A program made the position numbers and the translations under genes. A stretch of DNA of 14,085 nt. Source: an uncultured Fibrobacterales bacterium (GTDB lineage: Bacteria; Fibrobacterota; Fibrobacteria; Fibrobacterales; CAWVXU01). Shown piece by piece: positions 6,673-14,085 of this stretch. The stretch covers positions 1 to 14,085 of the forward strand of contig CAWVXU010000069.1 in assembly GCA_963934255.1 (NCBI GenBank), given 5' to 3'. The notes below the pieces were generated by a model. It was not told the origin of the DNA. It was given only the letters and a program-made list of their open reading frames with translations, and did no database searches. Position 1 is the stretch's first letter; every line of letters begins with the position of its first letter.

Positions 6673-9600
6673 ATGGATAAGAAATTAGAACAAGAACCAA
6701 ACTATTGGAGAAGCTTTGAAGAATTGCACGATAGCAATTCGTTTGCCAAAGCAACACAAAGTGAGTTTTCACAAGAAGCAACAGAGGCGCCAGTTCTAGC
6801 AGAAATGGCTCCTGTTGACCGTCGTAAATTCCTAGGTCTTATGGCCGCTGGTGCTGCACTTGCAGGCACGGGATGTTATAATTACCAAGACGGAGGTGAA
6901 GTACTTCCCTATAACAAAATGAACGAGCGCACTATTCCAGGTGTTGCTACTTATTTTGCTTCTACTATTCAATCAAATGGTGCGTCGCACGGTGTATTGG
7001 TTAAGTCCCGCATTGGTCGTCCTATTAAAGTCGATGGTAACCCTGAACACCCTGTGAACAAAGGCAAAGTTCCGGCTCAAGTACAAGTATCAATTGCTTC
7101 ACTTTATGATCCAGAGCGTTTGACACAACCCACTCACAAGGGTGAAGATATTAATTGGGAAACTTCTCTTAAGAAGCTTGCTGATAATTTAGAAGCAGCA
7201 GCTGATGAAGATAAAGACATAGTTCTTTATACCAATTCAGTTCTTTCTCCTTCTAAAGCTAAGCTTTTGAAAAAGATTAAAGAAAAATACCCAACTACAA
7301 AAATCATTTCTGCAGAACTTCACGATGAAGAATACATTACCAAAGCTTGGAAACAACTTTATGGTGTTGAGCAAGTACCAAGTATGTCTTGGGGCAAAGC
7401 TCGCGTGATTGTCGCTCTTGAAAATGACCTTTTACATTCAGAATCACACATGCATGAGCAACGCGCGTTTGGCAACAACCGTGAAGTCAAACGTGGTGAG
7501 AAAATCAACCGTTTGTACTCTGTAGAAGGTGACTTCTCAGTTACAGGTGGAGCATCTGATATTCGTCTTCGCCTTAACCCAACTTTACAACAAGCTTTCC
7601 TTCAAGCATTGCTAACTACTCTAGTTAAAGAACAAAATTTAGGGCAAGGTGTTGTCACTCGAGAGATTACAGCGTTGCTCAACGGACCAACTCTTGCTCA
7701 GTTTGCTGAGGCTCAAGGTTGGGATAAAAGTGTCGTTGAAGTTCTTGTAAAAGATCTTGTTCACTTCAGGCAGAGTTCTGTCATTGCAGCAGGGCCAAAG
7801 CTTTCGGAGAATGTTCAAATTCTTTCGCTTGCAATTAACCAAGTACTTGGTTCTACTAAGCTCTATAAGTTAGCCTCAGTTTCTACACCTTTGATCCCTC
7901 TTTCATCTCGTGAAGACATCATAAAAGTAGTAGCTCAAATGGCAGCTGGAAAAGTGGGAGTTGTTCTTCATTTAGAATCGAACCCTGTATTCCATTTACC
8001 TGTGGAACTAGATTATGCCAAAGCACTTGAAAGTGTAGATTATGTAGCGACTTTCTCGACGATCAAGTCTGAGACAGTGGCCAAATCTCACTCGGTTTTT
8101 GCAATCAATCATGCACTTGAATCATGGAATGATTTCTCAGACAAGCCTGGTGTATACTCGATTCAACAGCCTATGATCGCACCACTTTACAAGACTCGTC
8201 AATTAGAAGACATTTTACTAGCTCTTGGTGGACGTAAATTCCAAATTGGTGGCTATCGCAAATTTGTTAAAAACACTGCAGTAAATAATATCAGAAAAGA
8301 AATGGGTAGCATTCTACCTAGGACTCTCTTTTGGCAAACAACTGTCCATGATGGGTTTGTTCTCACTCCCAAATCTGAACTTCCTGCTTTAAATATTAAT
8401 TCTGAATCACTTGCTAAATCCTTGAAAAAACTTCCTAAGCCAGCTAATGGTTTTAATCCAGCTAATGGTTTAACCGTTATTTTCAAACGGGCCAGCGCAA
8501 TTGGTGATGGATCACTAGCTAACATCGGTTGGCTACAAGAGCTTGCAAACCCTATCTCCAAAATTACTTGGGATAACTACGCTGCTATGTCTCCAGCAAC
8601 CCTCAAGGAGCATGGATTCAAACAATACCCTAAATCAGGTGATGATTTCTACGAAATGATCAATATTAAAGTTGATGGTCGTCGAATTCAACTACCAGTT
8701 TATGCTCAAGCGGGCATGGCTGATGATGTTATCTCAATTGAACTTGGTTATGGTGAAACTGAAGTAGGCGTCATCGCTGAAGGTGTTGGTGCTAATGCAC
8801 AAAAGCTAATGGCTTGGGGCGGATCATTCGGCGCTTATATCATTGATGGTGTTAAAGCAACTTCAGCTGATGAATTCCAAAAACTAGCTTCGACTCAAGA
8901 ACACTATGCAATTGATGTTGCATCAATTCCTGAGCCAACTCCACTAGCTGAGCTGATTAAAGATGCTCACTTAACTCGTGGTGTTATTAAAGAAGGCACA
9001 CTTAAAGAGTATAAAGACAATCCTAGCTTTGTCAAAGACAAGTCACATATCCCCACTTATTCAATGGACCGCCCCCATAAATACGAGGGTGTGAAATGGG
9101 CTATGGTAGTTGACCAGAACAAATGTACTGGTTGTTCAGAGTGTGTGATTTCATGTAATGTCGAAAACAACATCCCAGTTGTAGGTAAAGCTGAAGTCCT
9201 TAAAGGACGTGAGATGCATTGGATGCGTATTGATCGTTATTACTCAGGTACTCCTGAGGAACCTCTTATGTCTACCCAGCCGATGCTTTGTCAACAATGT
9301 GATAATGCTCCTTGTGAAAACGTTTGTCCTGTAGTTGCTACAACTCACAGTCCAGAGGGTATTAATGAGATGACTTATAACCGTTGTGTTGGTACTCGTT
9401 ACTGCGCCAATAACTGTCCATACAAGGTTCGTCGTTTCAACTTCTATAACTTCCGTCTACAACTTGCAGATGGTTATCAAGAGAAACCAGCATTCTCACT
9501 TCTTCATAACCCAGAAGTCAGTGTTCGCTCTCGCGGTGTGATGGAAAAGTGTAATTTCTGTATCCAAAGAATTAATACAGCTAGAGCAGATTCTAAACGC

Positions 9601-9837
9601 GACAAACAAGAGTGGACCGGTCAAGGTGTTACTGTTGCTTGTCAAGATGCATGTTCTACTAACGCAATCTACTTCGGAAATATCAATGATAAAAATTCTG
9701 CAGTAGCCAAATTTAGTGCACATGAGCTTGGTTATAAAGTTCTTGAAGAGACGGCTGTTCGTCCTAATGTAACTTACGTTGCTAAAGTTCGTAACAACCA
9801 TCAGAAACCTGAAAAATCTGAAGGGAAAACTCATTAA
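6673..9837 (+). CDS. actB: Alternative complex III subunit ActB (molybdopterin-oxidoreductase-like domain fused to an Fe-S domain)
   Basis: YWRSFEEL and Tat motif DRRKFLG followed by a lipobox-like Cys (LAGTGC). GRPIKVDGNPEHP. Fe-S motifs CTGCSECVISC, CQQCDNAPCENVCP, CVGTRYCANNCPY, EKCNFC...ACQDAC. Confidence 0.95.
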   Translation: MDKKLEQEPNYWRSFEELHDSNSFAKATQSEFSQEATEAPVLAEMAPVDRRKFLGLMAAGAALAGTGCYNYQDGGEVLPYNKMNERTIPGVATYFASTIQSNGASHGVLVKSRIGRPIKVDGNPEHPVNKGKVPAQVQVSIASLYDPERLTQPTHKGEDINWETSLKKLADNLEAAADEDKDIVLYTNSVLSPSKAKLLKKIKEKYPTTKIISAELHDEEYITKAWKQLYGVEQVPSMSWGKARVIVALENDLLHSESHMHEQRAFGNNREVKRGEKINRLYSVEGDFSVTGGASDIRLRLNPTLQQAFLQALLTTLVKEQNLGQGVVTREITALLNGPTLAQFAEAQGWDKSVVEVLVKDLVHFRQSSVIAAGPKLSENVQILSLAINQVLGSTKLYKLASVSTPLIPLSSREDIIKVVAQMAAGKVGVVLHLESNPVFHLPVELDYAKALESVDYVATFSTIKSETVAKSHSVFAINHALESWNDFSDKPGVYSIQQPMIAPLYKTRQLEDILLALGGRKFQIGGYRKFVKNTAVNNIRKEMGSILPRTLFWQTTVHDGFVLTPKSELPALNINSESLAKSLKKLPKPANGFNPANGLTVIFKRASAIGDGSLANIGWLQELANPISKITWDNYAAMSPATLKEHGFKQYPKSGDDFYEMINIKVDGRRIQLPVYAQAGMADDVISIELGYGETEVGVIAEGVGANAQKLMAWGGSFGAYIIDGVKATSADEFQKLASTQEHYAIDVASIPEPTPLAELIKDAHLTRGVIKEGTLKEYKDNPSFVKDKSHIPTYSMDRPHKYEGVKWAMVVDQNKCTGCSECVISCNVENNIPVVGKAEVLKGREMHWMRIDRYYSGTPEEPLMSTQPMLCQQCDNAPCENVCPVVATTHSPEGINEMTYNRCVGTRYCANNCPYKVRRFNFYNFRLQLADGYQEKPAFSLLHNPEVSVRSRGVMEKCNFCIQRINTARADSKRDKQEWTGQGVTVACQDACSTNAIYFGNINDKNSAVAKFSAHELGYKVLEETAVRPNVTYVAKVRNNHQKPEKSEGKTH
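8440..8472 (+). repeat. In-frame tandem duplication (18-nt period) within actB
   Basis: CCAGCTAATGGTTTTAAT followed by CCAGCTAATGGTTTA, encoding PANGFN-PANGL. Confidence 0.8.
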
Positions 9838-11222
9838 TGTCTGAGAATATCCAATATTCTAAACCTCTCGAGCTTGTTGAAGGCAAAGATGGGTTCAAGG
9901 AGCTAGACGATTGTATCGCTGCTCCAGTGGAAAACACGATACCACCACTTAAATGGTGGATTGCATTCTTGATGGGACCGATAACTCTCCTATCATTCGG
10001 TGCAGTAGGTGTTTTCTTAACACTCAAAAATGGTACAGGCGAATGGGGTAATAATAACCCTGCAGGCTGGGCATTTCCAATTGTGAATTTCGTATTTTGG
10101 ATTGGTATTGGTCATGCTGGTACTCTGATTTCAGCTGTGCTATTCCTGTTGCGTCAGCAATGGCGAACAGCGATTGCACGATTTGCAGAAGCGATGACAA
10201 TTTTTGCGGTAATCACTGCGATGATTTTCCCCATCCTTCACACAGGTCGTCCTTGGCTTGCTCACTACCTTCTTCCTTATCCAAATGAACGTAATTTGTG
10301 GGTGAATTTTACTTCGCCTCTTGTATGGGATGTATTTGCAGTATCAACTTATGGTGCAGTTTCGATTATCTTCTGGTACGTAGGTCTGATTCCTGACTTT
10401 GCTATCATGCGTGATCGTACTAAAACGGGCCTTCGCAAATTAATCTACTCATTATTCTCACTAGGCTGGCGCGGATCAAACCGTCATTGGCAACACTATG
10501 AGAAATGCTACATGATTCTTGCGGGTATTGCTACACCACTTGTATTCTCTGTACATACAATTGTATCATTTGACTTTGCTACCTCTGTTATCCCTGGATG
10601 GCACACCACGATTTTCCCTCCATACTTTGTTGCAGGAGCGATCTTCTCTGGTTTTGCTGCGGTTGAGACAGCACTTCTTTTCTTACGTGTCTATTTCAAA
10701 ATGGAACACATCGTTACCATGAATCACCTCGAGCGCATGAATAAAATCATCATGATGACAGGTATGATGGTAGGTTATGCATATGCTATGGAATTCTTTA
10801 TCGCATGGTATGGTGGTAACCCGAACGAGCAGTTCGTATTTATAAACAGGGCAATGGGACCGTATGCTTGGGCATACTGGACAATGGTATCCTGTAATGT
10901 GATATTCCCACAAGTCTTCTGGTTCCGTCAGTGTCGTAGAAACATCCCACTCATGTTCGTCATCACTATTATCGTAAATATCGGTATGTGGTTTGAGCGT
11001 TTTGTTATTGTAATTACATCATTACATCGTGACTATCTACCCTCAAGTTGGGATTATTTTACCCCGACGTATGTTGACTTTTTCTTATTAATGGGATCTT
11101 TTGGTCTATTCACGACTCTAGTATTTCTTTTCGTACGAGTTCTTCCTGCAATAGCTGTTGCAGAGATTAAAGCCGTCGTTACCGGAGCTCAACCTTCCCA
11201 CCACGCTGAAGGAGAACACTAA
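9837..11222 (+). CDS. actC: Alternative complex III quinol-binding membrane subunit ActC (NrfD/PsrC family)
   Basis: NFVFWIGIGHAGTLISA, RFAEAMT, HTGRPW, NFTSPLVWDVFAV, SVHTIVSFDFA, WFERFVI. TAATG overlap with actB. Confidence 0.95.
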   Translation: MSENIQYSKPLELVEGKDGFKELDDCIAAPVENTIPPLKWWIAFLMGPITLLSFGAVGVFLTLKNGTGEWGNNNPAGWAFPIVNFVFWIGIGHAGTLISAVLFLLRQQWRTAIARFAEAMTIFAVITAMIFPILHTGRPWLAHYLLPYPNERNLWVNFTSPLVWDVFAVSTYGAVSIIFWYVGLIPDFAIMRDRTKTGLRKLIYSLFSLGWRGSNRHWQHYEKCYMILAGIATPLVFSVHTIVSFDFATSVIPGWHTTIFPPYFVAGAIFSGFAAVETALLFLRVYFKMEHIVTMNHLERMNKIIMMTGMMVGYAYAMEFFIAWYGGNPNEQFVFINRAMGPYAWAYWTMVSCNVIFPQVFWFRQCRRNIPLMFVITIIVNIGMWFERFVIVITSLHRDYLPSSWDYFTPTYVDFFLLMGSFGLFTTLVFLFVRVLPAIAVAEIKAVVTGAQPSHHAEGEH

Positions 11223-12493
11223 TGAATACTGAAAAAAAACTATACGGTGTAACAGCCTTATTCGATTCTCCTGACGATATTATGGCCGCAGCCGCAAAAG
11301 TACGCGACCAGAAATTTGAAAATTGGGATGTCAATACTCCTTACCCAGTTCATGGTATGGACGATGCAATGGGTATCCCACCTTCTAAATTAGGTTGGGT
11401 CACTATCGCCATGGCTATTTGGGGAGCGTCTTTTGCAATGTTCTTCATGTACATGATTATGACTCATATTTATCCACTAAACATTGGTGGTAAGCCTTTC
11501 TTCTCTCTCCCTGCTTTTGTGCCTATCACATTTGCATTCTCAGTTCTTAATGCCGTGATTGGTACTGTTGCTGCGATGCTTTTTTTCTTTTGCAAGCTTC
11601 CTTTCAATAACCATGCGCTTCATGATACATCATATATGTCTTCTGTTATTTCAAACCGTTTTGGGATTGAAATCCAAGCCAACAATAAGGGTTTTGATCT
11701 CGAAAAGGTAAAAGCGTTCTTGACTTCTATTGGTGGTAAAGAAATCACTGAACAATATGAGTGTGAAGTCAAACCTCTTGTTATTTCCTTACCTGGCGGA
11801 CGAGTGTTCCGTTGGAACGAAGGTTGGTTTGCCCTAATTTTAGTGATGGTTGCTCTTGGCGTGGGTGTTAAATTTTACGCAATATACAATCAGGTCTTGT
11901 ATGACCGAATCCCTTTTATTCACGTAGATGATCCGATTTCTGGCCTGTCTATTAACAAGATTGCTGGTGTAGAAGTTCCTATAGGTCCATTTACATGGCT
12001 CAGGGTTCAAGACAAAGAAAAATATGGAAGGACATCTAAGTTTTTTAAAGATGGACAATCCATGCGCGAGTCAGTTGGAGGGACAATTGCGAGAGGGTTC
12101 ATGCCTTACCAATTTAAAGGAAAACCTGCCCTTGCTGAAAAACACCTGACCAACCCACTTCCCATGGTCAAAAAAATAATGGATCGCGGTAGGGATGTAT
12201 ATAATACTAACTGTTCAATCTGTCATGGAGACTTTGGAGATGGTGATGGACGCGTCAAAAATTGGTCTGATAAAAAGGATCCAGGTGCTAGAAAGTATTT
12301 TGCGCCTCCTTCATTACATTCTGAAAAACTTACGCAAGCTGGAGATGGACTTATCTATCACATTATTACTGATGGACAGAATGTCATGCCTGCATATGCG
12401 AAGCAAATCACTCGTGAAGATCGTTGGAAAGTTGTTCATTACATACGCGCTCTCCAAAGGGCCAAAAATGCAAAGGATTCGGACTTAAAATGA
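11222..12493 (+). CDS. actDE: Fused ActD (DUF3341)-ActE (monoheme cytochrome c)
   Basis: N-terminal ActD motifs TPYPVHGMDDAMG and GGKPFFSLPAFVPITF, then an extra TM helix. ActE-like C-terminus: FFKDGQSMR..VGGTIARG, CSICHG, IITDGQNVMPAY, DRWKVVHYIRALQ. One continuous frame. Confidence 0.9.
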   Translation: MNTEKKLYGVTALFDSPDDIMAAAAKVRDQKFENWDVNTPYPVHGMDDAMGIPPSKLGWVTIAMAIWGASFAMFFMYMIMTHIYPLNIGGKPFFSLPAFVPITFAFSVLNAVIGTVAAMLFFFCKLPFNNHALHDTSYMSSVISNRFGIEIQANNKGFDLEKVKAFLTSIGGKEITEQYECEVKPLVISLPGGRVFRWNEGWFALILVMVALGVGVKFYAIYNQVLYDRIPFIHVDDPISGLSINKIAGVEVPIGPFTWLRVQDKEKYGRTSKFFKDGQSMRESVGGTIARGFMPYQFKGKPALAEKHLTNPLPMVKKIMDRGRDVYNTNCSICHGDFGDGDGRVKNWSDKKDPGARKYFAPPSLHSEKLTQAGDGLIYHIITDGQNVMPAYAKQITREDRWKVVHYIRALQRAKNAKDSDLK

Positions 12494-13713
12494 GTACTTT
12501 AGACTATACAAAAAAAGAATTGCCTAAAGGCATGATGACTATTGGGTCAATCCTACTTGCAGTAGGAATTGCCATGATAGCTGGTAACTTTTTTATGGAT
12601 ACTTCAGATCATCACAGCCGTTTTTGGTTGTTATACATCGTTATGTTTGTATCCCTAACCTCTGTTGCACTAGGAGCTATTTTTATTGTAGCCCTAGAAC
12701 ACTTGGCTGGCGCATATTGGTCAGTACCTAATAGACGTATTGTTGAGATATTGTCGTGGCTTTTCCCTGTTCTTATGATCCTGGGTTTGCCACTTCTGAC
12801 GCAAATGGATAGTATTTTCCATTGGACTCATCCTGGTGATGACCAATTGATTTTGCATAAAATAGCTTACCTCAACAAACCTTTCTTCGTCGTTCGTTAT
12901 TTCTTGTTTTTCTTTATTTGGATTGCCTTCACTTGGATGTTCCATCGAAACTCTGTCAAACAAGAAACGACTAAAGATCCTGCAATTACTACGACTAACT
13001 CTCGTTTAGCTGCTATTTTTATGGTCTTTTTTGGACTCACGCTTTCTTTCTTTGTGATTGATTGGGCTATGTCTCTTGAGCCTCATTGGTTTTCAACGAT
13101 GTTTGGTATTTACTATTTTTCTGGTACAATTACGGTTGGCTTTTCTGTGATGGCTTTATTCTACATTCACTTGAAAAACAAAGGTGTGCTTCACCCTAGA
13201 CTAGGTAAAGATCATCTCTACCCAATCGCTAATTTCATGTTTGCTTTTGCCATGTTCTGGACCTATATAGGATTTTGTCAGTACATGTTGATTTGGTATG
13301 CTGGAATGCCCGAAGAAACAATGTTCTTCGTTCCTCGTTGGGAAGGCGCTTGGAAAACTATGGCTATCGTTTTAATGATTGCAAAGTTCCCAATTCCGTT
13401 TGTGATTCTTGTCGGTCGTTATAACAAAACACGTGAGTGGGTTGTTAAAATCATGGCTTACTGGTTAATTATTTGGCACGTTATTGATATGTATTGGAAT
13501 ATTATGCCATCTCTTAAAGATCACTCAGTTAAAGTGGACCACCTTCTACAAGCTGAACCTGCCGTCGCATTTTCTTTCAATATAACTGATCTAGGGTTTC
13601 TAATCTTTGGATTTGGTCTTGTGATGGTCGTATTCTATCTTAAAGGTCGCAAAGGTAACATGGTTCCAATTGGTGATCCAAAACTTGAACACGGTTTGCA
13701 TTGGCACGCCTAA
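12490..13713 (+). CDS. actF: Alternative complex III membrane subunit ActF
   Basis: ATG 12490 overlaps the actDE TGA (ATGA). Motifs HKIAYLNKPFF, DWAMSLEPHWFSTMFG, FWTYIGFCQYMLIWYAGMPEET, PIGDP. About 10 TM segments. Confidence 0.93.
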   Translation: MSTLDYTKKELPKGMMTIGSILLAVGIAMIAGNFFMDTSDHHSRFWLLYIVMFVSLTSVALGAIFIVALEHLAGAYWSVPNRRIVEILSWLFPVLMILGLPLLTQMDSIFHWTHPGDDQLILHKIAYLNKPFFVVRYFLFFFIWIAFTWMFHRNSVKQETTKDPAITTTNSRLAAIFMVFFGLTLSFFVIDWAMSLEPHWFSTMFGIYYFSGTITVGFSVMALFYIHLKNKGVLHPRLGKDHLYPIANFMFAFAMFWTYIGFCQYMLIWYAGMPEETMFFVPRWEGAWKTMAIVLMIAKFPIPFVILVGRYNKTREWVVKIMAYWLIIWHVIDMYWNIMPSLKDHSVKVDHLLQAEPAVAFSFNITDLGFLIFGFGLVMVVFYLKGRKGNMVPIGDPKLEHGLHWHA

Positions 13714-13728
13714 GAAAGGGATTTTGAG

Positions 13729-14085
13729 ATGAAATTCAAAAGTTATTTAATCATCGCTTCTTGTATTTTTGCATTTGCGGTTTGCGGCATTTACTTTGTA
13801 TTTGGCCCTCAGCACAATGCGTACTTTCAGTGGCAACCTCACCATGGTCAAGACTTTGCTAAGTTTCCTCCTAACTTAAAGCAGGTTAAGGGTGAAGGTA
13901 CTCCAGGCGTAGATTTGGCTAAAGCCATAGTTACAACTCCTGCCCTGGTTAAGTTGGGTTCAGAAGTTTATATCAGTAACTGTACTGTCTGTCATGGTGA
14001 AAAAGGCAATGGTAAAGGTCCGGCAGGTGCTGCACTAGTTCCTGCTCCTCGAAATTTTCTTTCAACTGAAGGCTGGACCAATGGT
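13729..14085 (+). CDS. Membrane-anchored c-type cytochrome, ACIII-associated (partial, runs off the window)
   Basis: SD-like AAGGG then ATG 13729. Translation MKFKSYLIIASCIFAFAVCGIYFVFG...GSEVYISNCTVCHGEKGNGKGPAGAALVPAPRNF... contains one TM helix and CxxCH. Confidence 0.9.
   Translation, partial: MKFKSYLIIASCIFAFAVCGIYFVFGPQHNAYFQWQPHHGQDFAKFPPNLKQVKGEGTPGVDLAKAIVTTPALVKLGSEVYISNCTVCHGEKGNGKGPAGAALVPAPRNFLSTEGWTNG

Noticed and set aside
6673..9000. ActB as an active molybdoenzyme
   Set aside because: Characterised ActB subunits have the fold without the molybdopterin cofactor. Nothing in this sequence suggests otherwise.
12424..12489. TTG start for actF given by the ORF track
   Set aside because: It overlaps actDE by 70 nt. 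ATG 12490, with an ATGA overlap and an upstream AAGGA/GGA, is more plausible.
2290..12963. Short antisense or alternate-frame ORFs inside long genes (e.g. 2290-2496, 3178-3447, 6373-6657, 8253-8561, 9496-9834, 12195-12488)
   Set aside because: They are nested in well-supported conserved genes and show no protein-family features.

Overview
AT-rich bacterial chromosomal window; the organism cannot be assigned from sequence alone. The left part (1-5674) is a mixed accessory region: the end of a Pro/Thr/Glu-rich CDS, a decayed vapBC-like toxin-antitoxin remnant, a TIGR01777/YfcH epimerase-family gene, a scramblase/LURP-one-like gene, a bacterial voltage-gated Na+/Ca2+-type channel (filter TLEDWTD), the ribosome rescue factor arfB, a Nudix pseudogene, and a secreted GH18 chitinase. 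The right part (6094-14085) is an alternative complex III operon: actA, actB, actC, fused actDE, actF, then a partial membrane-anchored cytochrome c. The most unusual element lies between the predicted act promoter and actA. It is a 57-codon leader ORF built from 36-nt tandem repeats, with 10 Phe codons (all UUU) and 4 Cys codons. Its stop codon lies inside a strong intrinsic-terminator hairpin, making it a candidate translation-coupled attenuator for a respiratory operon.
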